Assembly (NCBI RefSeq): GCF_006345805.1
Contig: NC_043005.1
Location: 63,674,001 to 63,738,000, forward strand
Direction: 5' to 3'
Source: Octopus sinensis
Lineage: Eukaryota
DNA length: 64,000 nt
A program made the position numbers and the translations under genes. The notes under the pieces are model-generated. The model made no database searches. It worked only from the letters and a program-made list of their open reading frames with translations, and had not been told where the DNA came from. Below, piece by piece: positions 1 through 11,632 of this stretch (its first letter is position 1; each line of letters begins with the position of its first letter).

Positions 1-1894
1 CATTTTCCAGGGTGACTCACTTTCACCACTCCTCTTTTGTTTATCCTTAATACCTCTCTCAAAGCTGCTCAATGACGCGCAGTACGGGTATAAAATGTTT
101 GATAAAAATATAAATCATCTCATTTACATGCATGATTTAAAGCTTTTTGCAAAAAATGACCAACAACTCAAGGGCTTACTAGCGATAGTCAAACAATTCA
201 GTGACGACATCAGAATGCAATTCGGCCTCGATAAATGTGCAAAGGCTACCTTATCAAAGAAAAATGACAGAAACATCTAACGTTAATCTTGACCAGCAGA
301 ATGTCATAAAAGAACTAGACCCAGCGGAGAGCTACAAGTACCTAGGGGTAATTGAAGGGAACGGAATAAGGCATTCAGAGATGAAGGAAAGGATCAGGAG
401 AGAATGCTATCGAAGAGTGAGAGCAATACTCAAGACAGAGCTGAATGCAAGAAACAGGATCGAAGCGATCAATGCATTAGCCATACCAGTCGTGACTTAC
501 AGTTTTAATATTGTTAACTGGTCAATTACTGAAATATGTCAGCTCGACAGAAAAATAAGGAAACTGTTGACAATGCATAGTTTGCACCACCCTAAGGCAG
601 ATACAGAACGACTCTATCTGCCAAGAAAAGAGGGAGGCCGTGGTCTTTTGCAACTGGCAATAACAATGAAGATTGCTACAATTGGCCTAGACACCTACCT
701 GAAAAACTCTGAGGACTGGATGTTAAAACTTGTCTCAAAACATGAAAACAAGAAAGCATCATACTCAGTCACAAAACAGGCAAAGGAATATCTAAGTGAA
801 TTCCGAATACAACCAATTTCGGAATTAGAGATAGACATACAAGAAACAAGCACAGAAAAAGCTAGGCGCATGAAAACCCGTGCCAAAACTGCGGCCTTAG
901 ATATTCTGAATAATAAATGGCAAGAAAAACCTCTCTATGGCAAATACCCAAGAGAGCGAATAATGCAGATATCGACAAAGCCCTGACCCTCAATGGCTAA
1001 TGGCCTCTGGCTTAAAATCTGAAACAGAGGGTTTATCATAGTAGCTCAAGATCAATGCCTACCAACAAGAAGCTACCAGGCCAACATATTAAAGAACGGC
1101 AGTAGCCCAACATGTCGTGTATGCCGACAACAAAATAAACCATTGACCATGTTGTCTCCAAATGCAGTCTTCTAGCGCCTACAGAGTACCTCAGTAAGCA
1201 TGATAGAGCAGCACAAATATTCACTGGGTAATTTGCAAAAACCTGGATTTGCCCCATGTAAAAAACTGGTGGGAACACAATCCACCCCTGTGCTTGAAAA
1301 TGACCACATCTCACTCCTCTGGAACTTCACCATTCAAACTGACAGGAAGATAGATGCAAATAGGCCAGACATCATATTGAAAGACTTCAGACAAAGAACA
1401 TGCCTCCTCATTGATATGACTGTCCCAATCGATATAAACGTATCTGTCAAGACCTACCAAAAACTGAGCAAATATAAAGATCTTGAAATAGAAATCAGCA
1501 AAATGTGGAAGCTGAAGACTAAAACAATACTTGTTGTCATAGGTGCCCTGGGAATGATAGCGAAAGGGACTGATTGCTACCTAACTCAGATACCAGGAAA
1601 CCCCAAATGGCAGAAATTAAAAAGATAGTGCTCATGGGAACTGCTCATATCCTACGCAAAATACTCTCTATGTAATCCCAAGGTTTAAAACAAACTTTTT
1701 TTTTATTTATTTATTTTTTATTTTTATGTATTAGACATTCACTAGTACAACACCAAAAAAACACAAAAAAAAACCAAATATATGGCACAGAACTTCTAAC
1801 CTGTTGTCTCTTGAGGTCTCTGGGTGAGACTTGGAGCCAACTTGTACAGACATAAAGCAAAAGTCAAACATAGAATAATAATAATAATAATAAT
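1..1894 (+). mobile_element. R4/Dong-clade non-LTR retrotransposon, 3' part (RT C-terminus, CCHC zinc knuckle, restriction-like endonuclease), frameshifted; continues off the left edge
   Basis: ORF pieces 95-280, 201-986 and 1200-1628 give RT motifs (YMHDLKLF, FGLDKCAK, YKYLG, RLYLPRKEGGRGL), a CRVC..HVVSKC knuckle near 1110-1160 and an RLE motif (RPDIILKD..LIDMTVP..KLSKYKDL). Ends MGTAHILRKILSM*, then a 3' UTR and an (AAT)n tail at ~1874-1894. Confidence 0.9.
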
Positions 1895-2090
1895 AGTTTC
1901 AAATTTTGATACAAGGCCAACAATTTCGATGGAGGGAGTAAAACGATTACAAGTCAGCGGACACTTATTTTATGACCATTGAAGGATGAAAAGCAAAGTC
2001 GATCTCAGCGGACTGTGAACTCAGAACATAAAAACGGATGAAATGATGCTAATCATTTTGTCTGGTTTGCTAATGATTCTGCCAGCTCGC
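1895..2090 (-). mobile_element. tRNA-derived SINE (family A), degenerate
   Basis: Reverse complement of the recurrent core aggatgaaaggcaaagtcgacctcggcggaatttgaactcagaac; head at ~2090 abuts an (AAT)n tract. Confidence 0.8.
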
Positions 2091-2097
2091 AAAATAC

Positions 2098-2151
<54 letters not shown>

Positions 2152-2177
2152 TGATGATGATAATTGATGACGATTAG

Positions 2178-2400
2178 GGCAGCGCGCTGGCAGAATCGTT
2201 AGCACGTCAGGCGAAGTGCTTAGCGATATTTCGTCTGTCTTTATGTTCTGAGTTCAAATTTTGCCGAGATCGACTTTGCCTTTCATCTTTTCGGGGTCGA
2301 TTAAATAAGTACCAGTTACGCACTGGGGTCAATGTAATCGACTTAATCCCTTTCTCTGTCCTTGTTTGTCCCCTCTATGGGCAATAAGGAAATAAATAAT
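2178..2400 (+). mobile_element. tRNA-derived SINE (family A)
   Basis: A-box-like tggcagaatcgttag, B-box-like gttcaaatt, core gtaccagttacgcactggggtc, tail ending in aataat. Confidence 0.85.
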
Positions 2401-2488
2401 AATGATGATGATGATGATGATTTCATTTATTTGCCACAAGGGCGAAAGATGAGGGGACAACAGGAAGATAGTCATAAAGAGTGAGGGT

Positions 2489-2529
<41 letters not shown>

Positions 2530-2532
2530 TAC

Positions 2533-2568
<36 letters not shown>

Positions 2569-3002
2569 CAATAAATCAACCATCATCAGGAATTAATTAA
2601 AGTATAATTGGCAAAAACTAAAATTATAACGGAAAACTAATGGTATGGATAAGGAAGGACAGTAGAAAAGCAAAGTGGAAAAGGAAGAAGAGAAATGAAC
2701 TGAAGACAATGATGGTGATAGTGATGATGAAATGATTATGGGGATTACAGCAAGGATGGTTAAGTGTAATTATGCAAATAATTAGCATAATGATGATGGC
2801 AATAATAATTATGGTATTTTTATTTCATATAAAATTTTTATGACAGAAAAAAATAAAGAGTGGTTTCTATGAATATATCATAGGATCTCTGGCTATGGGG
2901 TGAGGAAGAAAAGGAACAAATGACATTGGTCTTCTTCAAGCAGGGGACCGATCCCGAATATTTGCAAGAGAATACGTGGTGTTGTTAAGCAGAAAGACAG
3001 AT

Positions 3003-3340
3003 TGATGATGATGATGATGATGATGACGATGATGATGGTGCTGGTTGTGATGCTGAGGATGATGATGAGGACGATGACGATGATGATGAGGAGGAGGAGG
3101 ACGATTATGATGATGATGATGATGATGAGGACGATGATGATTATATGATGATGATGGTGATGATGATGAGGACGATGATGAGGATGATGGTGATGAGGAT
3201 GATGGTGATAATGATGATGATGATGATGATGATGATGATGGTGCTGGTGATGGTGCTGAGGATGATGATGATGATGAGGACGATGATGATGATGATAGTT
3301 GTGAGGATGATGGTGATGATGATGATAATGATATTGGTTA
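3003..3340. repeat. Compound (GAT/GAC/GAG)n trinucleotide low-complexity tract
   Basis: Directly visible; source of the spurious poly-Met ORF 3145-3402. Confidence 0.95.
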
Positions 3341-4269
3341 TCGTGGATTTGTCAGTGGTGGCAGCGGTGGCGGTGATAGACTTCGTGCCTAGTAAGCACT
3401 AACATTTGGAACGTTTGCATTACTGAAAATGTCGGCGATGGCGGAGATGATGCTCATGTTTGTGGTGATTGCTGTGGTTTTGGACGGTGTCAGGGTTATT
3501 AATGATAATGACACCTACCGCAGTTGTTTGTGGGGATGTAGAAAGTGATTATGGTGACGTTGTTGGGGCTAAATTATAACCAGCATCAAACGTAAGATGT
3601 CGAAAGAATAATGTAAAAGAAAACATTTCTAGAATCGTCTTTGAAATGTGTTTGCTTGTGGGTGTCCCTGCTTGTGTGTAGGTGTGTAAAGTGTGAGAAG
3701 AAGATATTGAAGAGGATGACGTGTGAGATAAAGATCAAAGAGAATGAGCGAGAATGAGTTATAGACGAAGAGATGGAGAATGAGATACAGAGATCGGCAG
3801 AGGAACTGAAGAGGTAGAGATGGCATGAGTGAGATTGAACGAGAAAGACTGGGAGATAAAGAATTATGGATGCAGTAATTAAGATAGGGAATGAGTGAAC
3901 AATGAAAATAATAACAAAAAGCAAAAAAATATATATAAAAATAGATAAATGAAAGGAGATAGAAAAAGAGAAATGAAGAGATAGTTTTGCAGAGAAATAT
4001 AAAAGAAGAGAATGCGAAATAGCGGAAATAAGTGTAGCATTAAGAGGAAGAGAATAAGTGAAAGATGAGAGTAGGAATGATAGAGTTGACCGAAGAGAAA
4101 ATAATGATTTCTTTCAGAAATAATACAAAATATGAGGTGAAATTACAAAAAAGAGCAGAGACAAGCAGAGAAAAATAGATGGAAAGATATAATTAAAAAA
4201 TCGCATAAGAGAAGTTACGTGCTGCAGTGATTGATAGGTGGCAGACAGTCAGGCAGACATACGCATAGT

Positions 4270-4320
<51 letters not shown>

Positions 4321-4325
<5 letters not shown>

Positions 4326-4420
4326 AAACATGGCGCAGAAATATACTGAAATTAATAGGGAATGAGAGAGAGAGAGAGAGAGAGAAAACAAGGCGCAGAA
4401 ATATACTGAAATTAATAGGG

Positions 4421-4440
<20 letters not shown>
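4321..4440. repeat. 60-bp tandem duplication containing an (AG)n tract
   Basis: Units 4321-4380 and 4381-4440 differ at one base (t4331 vs a4391). Confidence 0.95.
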
Positions 4441-4458
<18 letters not shown>

Positions 4459-5725
4459 AGTGGTATTTACTGAAAAAGAAGGTGAACGAGAGGGTCTTTC
4501 CTTGATGTCTTTTCGTTCCATTAATAACGGACAGAGGATTAGGGAGTAACAGCTGTCATGTTCTAAGCATGACAGCTGTTACTCTCGATACATTCGACAG
4601 GGTTCCTAAGTCATATTAAACTTATTGATGCTGTTCTTGTTGTTTTCGATATGGTTTCCTTTCTAATAAAGATAATATGTGACTTAAAACAGAGACTAGG
4701 GAAACTGATAAGAAAAAAATAAAACAATAGATAATATATCATGCACTTTTTGCTAGTTTCTTTTTATATGATATTTTAAGGGAATATATCAGATGGCGAA
4801 AATTAAGACATATATCATTTGCTTATTAAAATTTCTGGTGATTCGTTATTTGATCCCTAAGGTATTTCTTACATTAGGATATTTTTGGGAGCCACAAATC
4901 AAGAATACCGATAAGTCTTTTGTATTTCTGTAAGAGAGGAGATTTATTCCATTAATTCGTTTGCTGAGATTAATGAGATGTGAATGGATGAAAGAATTTC
5001 AATTCCTCTTGTGAGAATATGTTTTGTGTAAATTTTAAGAAAGACTGGCGCTGTATTTCACAAGAAAATAATAAATGATATAGTGGAAGAGTCATACCTC
5101 TGTTTTTCAAACGAAGTGAAGTGGTTACATATGTCTTTGGGAAGATAGTGAGAAGCATCTCTGGCAGATATGTCAGAGATCCTTCAGACGTGTCTAGGAT
5201 GCATACCTCATCGATCAAAGCATGATGTACAGAAAAATATGTCTGGTCTTTATGACCTAGAATCAGGTGTGGATAGATGCAGAAGTGGAGAGGTACGTTA
5301 TCATGGATTTCTGATTCACTATATGATTTTCAAGAATAAGGAGATCAGATTCAGAGATATTAGCAGGGAGGTGAATATTTGGTTTTGTCATCAGATTAGT
5401 GCAACAGTTCGAGCATGAGTTGAGCATAAAGGATACCGATGATGATACACACACATAAAACATATGTCAATATACACATATAATACATTAGACAGACAGA
5501 CAGACAGACATACAGACACACAGATAGATAGATACAGAGAGAGAGAGAGAGAGAGATGCATGATAATGCAAAATAACTACATAAACAAGGTCTTTTCAGA
5601 AGTTTTGAGACTTTTTTTTTAGGAGAGGTAATTATAACTGTCCTAAGCTATTGAAGTTATTGTAAGTTTAGTATGTCATTACTATACTTTTAATAAGCTG
5701 GCACCGCATACTTTTGTTATTCCAG

Positions 5726-5765
5726 ATCGAAGAAATGGGCTGTTACAGCACTTTGAACACAATAT
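5726..5765 (+). CDS. Candidate internal exon of an unidentified gene (xRRNGLLQHFEHN)
   Basis: ttttgttattccag acceptor, gtaagc donor, 40 nt, phase-compatible with candidates at 6977-7030 and 7602-7668. No homology recognised. Confidence 0.22.
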
Positions 5766-5929
5766 GTAAGCTGACAAGTTTGCAGAAGGCAGTCAAAAGG
5801 TGACGATAATTTTGAAGCTCGCTTGCCATAAAGGTTCGTGTTAAACTGAGTAAACGCTACAGAAACATAGGATGAGTTCCAAACTGCTTATGGATTTATT
5901 ATAACAGCCTTAGCATCTGGTTTTCGCTG

Positions 5930-6445
5930 GAACAAGAAGCTAGACAAAACAAGTTCACAGGGAAATTCATGATGATCCCTTGTTTTAGACAGCAAGGACA
6001 TCATCTACATCTGCTGGGTTCCCACTGGCCAGAAGGCCAACTAATACTACTTTGTGGAGGTTTTGAGAATCATTTTGTTGCAAAACGGCCAGAGCACATG
6101 CACCACGACAATGAAACAGTCTACAATTTCATCCTGGTAACCAACGATTTGACAGAGATGAGCATCCATAATGTCCTTCACTCCACCACCCCTACAGTCC
6201 AGACTTTACTCTTTGCGATTTTTGGTTGTTACCTAAACTGAAGAAAGATGAAGGAGGCTGTGACAAAGGTCGTGGACACTTTCAGTTCGATGGACGTCCA
6301 TAGGGCCTTCAGGAAGTGGCTGGACCGCTGCAACATGTGCATTGAATTTAGATCCTACTTTGAAGGTGATTATAGTTTTGTAGTTCTTTGATATTAATAA
6401 AAATCTCTCCTGAAAGAATCTAAAAACGTCTGAAATATACCATGT
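5930..6445 (+). mobile_element. mariner transposase C-terminal remnant
   Basis: Degenerate translation resembles KxMMIPFFDSKG..WVPTGQ, P.SPD..PCDFWL.PKL and MKEAVTKVVDT..YFEGD, typical of mariner DD34D C-termini. Confidence 0.75.
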
Positions 6446-6976
6446 ATACATATATGTGGATGTGTTTGTGCGTGCGGTGCGATATCAGAGGAAAAAGAGA
6501 AACGTAAAACTCGAATCAAAGGAGGATGATTGCGATGTTTGTTCTGCGTTGCGTTACAGACACTCGTTTCCCACTGTTCGACATCGTAAATGCAGTGAAC
6601 CAGTAACTGGCCTGTCGGAGATCTGTAACCAACGACTATGTTATTCACTAGTTGCAATGGATTATAAATACAATTACCAAATAACACCTGCCGACTTTTG
6701 TTTCACTGGTTGAACTCACTTCAAATAAACTTCAGAAACCTTCAGGACAAAACTGAAAATATCACAACCTATTTATTTGAGAAGAAACAAGTAAATTTTT
6801 TCTTCATTTTTTTATTTAAGATATCTAAAAGTCATAAAATAGAATAGAAAATTTTCTAGTATAAAATAAAAGTGATAACATTACTTATTAAATTATATGA
6901 AAGATTATTTATGAATTTAATATATATTGTTTTTATTTTATTTTCTGTCTGAAGAAAATAATCTTTTACATGTCAG

Positions 6977-7030
6977 TCTATTGCGAGTGGAATTGAATCT
7001 GAGCCAAATGAAGTTCTTTGGAAGAGAAAA
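6977..7030 (+). CDS. Candidate 54-nt symmetric exon (LLRVELNLSQMKFFGRE or SIASGIESEPNEVLWKRK)
   Basis: cttttacatgtcag acceptor, weak gtaaaa donor, two open frames. Confidence 0.2.
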
Positions 7031-7601
7031 GTAAAATCAATATATAAAAATATAGACTGTAATATGAATAAATAAATAAATAAATAAATAAATAACACGT
7101 GTGCTTACTTTTACTTTTACTTTCTCTGTCTTGACAATGAGCTTCGAAAACATTTAATTTTGCTTTTTGAGATAAAGGAAATATCTTTGAACATCTCCAG
7201 CAACTACAGCAGTGAAAAACATCCATACGTAAAAATGCAGAGACTGGCATAGACACAAACACACAGACACATTCACACATATATGCATGTGTATGTGAGT
7301 GTTTGTGTGTGTATTTGTGTGTGTATGTATATTTTATCAAATGTGTATATTTTATGATACGCTTTTCATAGAAAATAATATAAGGTTATAATATAGTATT
7401 GCAAAGATATTCTTAAAAAGTGTTAAGCTTATATTCTTCAGTAAATCTTACAATGTAAATGTTTTAAATTCGAAATATTTTCTCGATGAATCTCATTGCC
7501 AACACGAAACTATATTTTAAATTTATGTCAATGCCCTTGTTATGCGGATCAATGTTATACCATAATTAATAATTTTATGCTTCTGAATATTTGTAACACA
7601 G

Positions 7602-7668
7602 ATACATGTGGCATCTGTTAGAAACAGATGCACTAACAGATTATCAGAAGAATTTCAGAAAACTTTAA
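7602..7668 (+). CDS. Candidate terminal exon (YMWHLLETDALTDYQKNFRKL*)
   Basis: ttgtaacacag acceptor; phase continues from 6977-7030; TAA at 7666-7668. Confidence 0.2.
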
Positions 7669-9109
7669 TCAACTAGATGCTTTCTTTGTATATTCCAAAG
7701 TATATGCTACACAAAGAGAGAAAAGTGGGGTATATATATATATATTGAAAAAGAGAGAGGGGAGGGAGGCAAGAGAAAGAGAGGGAGATAGTGGGAGGCG
7801 AGAGAGAGAGACGGAGACAGAGAGGGTGAGAGAGAAAGAGGGAAGAGAGATGAGAAATTATGTTTGTGAAAGCAATTGTATGCCTGTGTATTTGTGTATC
7901 TATGTGGAAAAGAGATTTGTTCCACATTTTGTACTAAACACCTCGGAGCATTGACCAATTATGTTACTGGAACTCATGAGAGATACGAGTGATTAACTTT
8001 CCCATTTTTTATTAATTCTTATTTTGCTCATTTATATTTAATATTTACACTTCTTCGCTTCTATACAAAATTGTTACATGACCAATTCACTTTTAATTAT
8101 CAATTCATTATATATATACATAATACATACATACATATATATATATATATGCGCATATGTATGTGCACACATATATATCTACATGTATATATGTATATCA
8201 ATGCTGACACGCTCACACATAACCAGGCAGGTTTGGGACAGTAACATGCAATTTAATGCCGGAAATTTTATACATGTATGCTCTCTCTGTCTCTGTCAGT
8301 ATGTCTGTCTCTCTATATATTATATGTGCACGTGTGTGTGTGTGTGCGCGCGCGCGCGCGTGAGTGTATGTGTGCATATATATATATATATATAGTTCAA
8401 ATTTGCAGAAAACAAAAGACGAAGACAGGTGAAGGAACAATATACATGTGTATTAGTTTAACGCTCGGGAAGAATGGAAAAGAATTTAATGTTTCGAGCC
8501 TACGCTCTTCGACAGAAAGGATTAAGAGTTCAAAAAGAAAAAAAGAGAAAGAACGCCAAAAAATGGTGAGAGGAAAAAATGTGTAGGGATAAACGATTAT
8601 TCATGTATATATAGATGTATATATAGCGAGAGAGAGAGAGACAGACAGAGACAGAGAGAGAAAGAGAGAGAGAAAAAGAAAGTGGGTGATAGATGCGAAG
8701 AACAAATACCTGTATATACATTTTATTGAAACAGGACATAAAAGGTGAATCTTCGTCAAGCAAATGACATTTTAGTAAAAATCCAATCAACAATGTATGG
8801 CTGAAAAGGAATGACGAAACCTGATGTGAGAAGTGATCTATAGGTGTGCGACAGATCCTATTTTGAAGGATAGTGGTGATTCCGGGATGAAGGATCTAAG
8901 ATCCTTAACAAGGAACTCCCAGCACGCGGGCATTCTCTTCTGATGAATTCTGAAATCTATTGGAATCTTCAATTGAGAGCGCTTCCATAAGCAAGTTGTT
9001 AGAAAGTCTGCGTTTGTATGCATGTGTGTATGTGTATGCGTATGTATGCGTTCGCACGTGTGTATATGCGCGCGCGTGTGTGTGTGTGTGTGTGTTTACA
9101 TATATCTTG

Positions 9110-9420
9110 CTTTTTACTTGTTTCAGTCTTTAGGCGGTAGCCATGCTGGGTCGCCGCCTTGAAGAATTTTAATCGAACGAATCAAACACATTGCTTACTT
9201 TTTTTAAAGCTTGGTACTTATTGTATCGGTTTCTTGTGCTGAAACGCTAAGTTACGTGGGCGTAAACACACCCAAATCAGTTCCCAAGTGGTGGTGGTTA
9301 ACAGACACTGACACAAAGCCATACGCATACACATGCACACACATATAGCTTTTACCTTTTATCTTTTACCAGTTTCAGCTGGAGGGCTGCGAATATGCTG
9401 GGGCACCGCTGTTAGCTTTG
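9110..9420 (-). mobile_element. SINE family B (microsatellite-containing), 3' part
   Basis: Matches segments of the copies at 31.3, 35.0, 38.3 and 57.7 kb (ccatgctgg..cgccttgaag, gctaagttacg.g..cgtaaacac). Confidence 0.7.
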
Positions 9421-9429
9421 CAACACTTT

Positions 9430-10210
9430 TACTACTAGAAATCTGCTCTGGTATGAGACATTTGGTGAATGAAGGGATTTAACGTTGCTGCTCACATTTA
9501 CATTTCCTGCTGCATGAGAACAGTAGCCCAAGCATTATGAATGTAGGCCAATGCTATTTGAGGATCTTTTGCTATATCGTTTTACAGTTTGCTTCATGAA
9601 AGTTAAGAATGCAGAATTTTCGGGAGTTTCTTATAATCTGTAGCTCCTTTTGGACCATACACAGTCAGCTCTATTATACTGAGATCCGAGACTAATGTCG
9701 CTGTTACTTGCACATTATGAATGAGATCTATATTGTTTGTGAAGCAGAGACCGAATAAATTATTTGCTCTGGTTGGAGAACAATTTTTTCCATGCCATGG
9801 TTGAGCAGTGACTCACCCTCCGCTTGTTAGCAGTGTATTATTCCTGAGAACATGAGTCCTTTGGGCCATCCCGCATCAAGTAAGTTGAAGTCACCCACAA
9901 GGAATACACAGATGTGTTTGATCTAGTTTAGTGAGAACATCTGCTCTTGCGAGGCAGTCTCCAAACATGCTTGTGAATGGAGCTTCTGGTGTGCGATATA
10001 TGATACTTATAACAATATCAATTGTCTTATATGAACAATTTGAGTGTTCCGTACTGAATTTGAATATAACAACAGAACCTGAGGCGCGAGATCTTCACAG
10101 ATGAATACAGCAATCCCACCGTGACTCATTTCTTGCCTGTCCATCCGTAATACAACATATTTTGGTATGTGTACTTCTGCATCCCTTATATCAGGTCTAA
10201 GATGCATTTC
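9430..10210 (-). mobile_element. CR1/L2-type LINE apurinic-like endonuclease (APE) fragment
   Basis: HLRPDIRDAEVHIPKYVVLRMDRQEMSHGGIAVFI, followed by frameshifted YRxP, GDFN and an NN(L)xxLCFTNN-like motif. Confidence 0.75.
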
Positions 10211-10572
10211 TACAAGTGTTATCTACGCACGTAGTAAGAAAACGAGAAGATTAGCTGCATCGTTTTACTACTGATGATGATGGAAATAAATTTAGTCTTA
10301 ATATTCTTTGTTATATTTACACAAGGCCTGCGATTTTGTGGGGAGGGTAAACCGATTCCATCGATCCGTGTCCTCATTGGCCCCGAAAGAATGAAAGACA
10401 AAGTTGATTTTTCTAGGCAGATATATTACAGCGAGAAAGAAGTTTAGTTGTGTGTTTAACAGTTAATTTTATAACTTTCATAATTAAATTATAAATTTCA
10501 TTTGTTCCAGGACAAACATGAGATTAGATTTTTTTTCCTTTAATATTTTTTATGTTTTGTTTTCTACTACAG

Positions 10573-10740
10573 ATAAAACGTATATTATTAAAAAACAATC
10601 TTCATTATACTGCAACAACCACCAGCAACCCATCGTCGTCACCATTATCGTCAACTTCATCATCATCTGAAAACACCAATAGTTGGAGTACACGTGGTTT
10701 ATTCCGAGCTCTCTCTGCACGTTTAGATATATCTGTATGA
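10573..10740 (+). CDS. Candidate terminal exon, Ser/Thr-rich (IKRILLKNN...RALSARLDISV*)
   Basis: Long pyrimidine tract plus ctacag acceptor; frame open to TGA. Partly low complexity, so could be chance. Confidence 0.25.
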   Translation: MKRILLKNNLHYTATTTSNPSSSPLSSTSSSSENTNSWSTRGLFRALSARLDISV

Positions 10741-10787
10741 TCTGCCATAGGTTTCAATCCATCCTGGCACACTCATATACACACATG

Positions 10788-10849
<62 letters not shown>

Positions 10850-11035
10850 GATGAATGAATTATCCTAGTATGGATAATTCTGTTAATCGATACCTGGGTA
10901 GCAAATTCCCTTCAGTAAAACACGGTTGAAGTTACATGCCAAGGGCTAAACCCCGTGTTCGTGTGTGGAAATTTGTGTGTTTTTTTATATGAATAAATGA
11001 AAAGAATGGAGTCGAACGAAGATTTTATCAACATT

Positions 11036-11130
11036 CCTTTACTTTCGACATATGTTTCGAATACTGCATATTCTTAATTCCGAAGGAATGAAGGTTGCAT
11101 TATGCCGTCTTCTCATCAGGAAATACAAGG
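11036..11130 (-). ncRNA. Type-I hammerhead ribozyme (PLE terminal-repeat type), GUC cleavage triplet
   Basis: Minus strand: CUGAUGA (11119-11113); stem II gaagacggcaua/uaugcaguauuc (10 of 12 pairs); GAAAC-AUAU-GUC; stem I uuuc/gaaa plus ccuu/aagg. Confidence 0.75.
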
Positions 11131-11632
11131 AACCTCTATCAGCCTCGAGACGAACAAAAGCTTCTTACCGTCTGCCTACATAGTTTCCACAGTGATAATG
11201 AGTATTTATTTAAAATAATCCGTTATAAGCAATGACGTCAAAATTGGATGGAAGGAGGAAGGGGACAGTTTGTATGCTGTATGTATGGGGATTGACGGGT
11301 GTATGTTTTGTTAATGAGTTTGAGTGTTTGTGTGTGTGTATGAGTGTGTGTATATAACGGCATCTGTGTCTATGTGTGTGTGTTTGCAAATGTATATGTG
11401 GGGGGAACAATTGTCAAATATATATAGTATTAATGTGAGAAATTTGTGTGTGTGTGTTTGATTGTGCACATGATAGAGAGAGAGGGGGGGGAGAGGTAGA
11501 GAGAAAGAGATAAACGTACGCCAACTATATTTAATGTTTGATGCAACAGAATAGAGAAAAAGCATTTGTCTACGGTAGTGGTGTAGACGTGAAAGTAATT
11601 ATTAAAACCAAAGAGGTTATCTATATTATTTA

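Noticed and set aside
3145-3402. Poly-Met ORF and the many YI/CV/HT/LS-repeat ORFs elsewhere (for example 55373-55999, 62481-63017)
   Set aside because: Translations of simple microsatellites, which lack stops in some frames.
4900-5460. Cluster of short ORFs suggesting a decayed retroelement
   Set aside because: No diagnostic motif recognised; left unannotated.
8938-8960. ctgatgaattctgaaat as a hammerhead
   Set aside because: No stem II or III possible; chance match.
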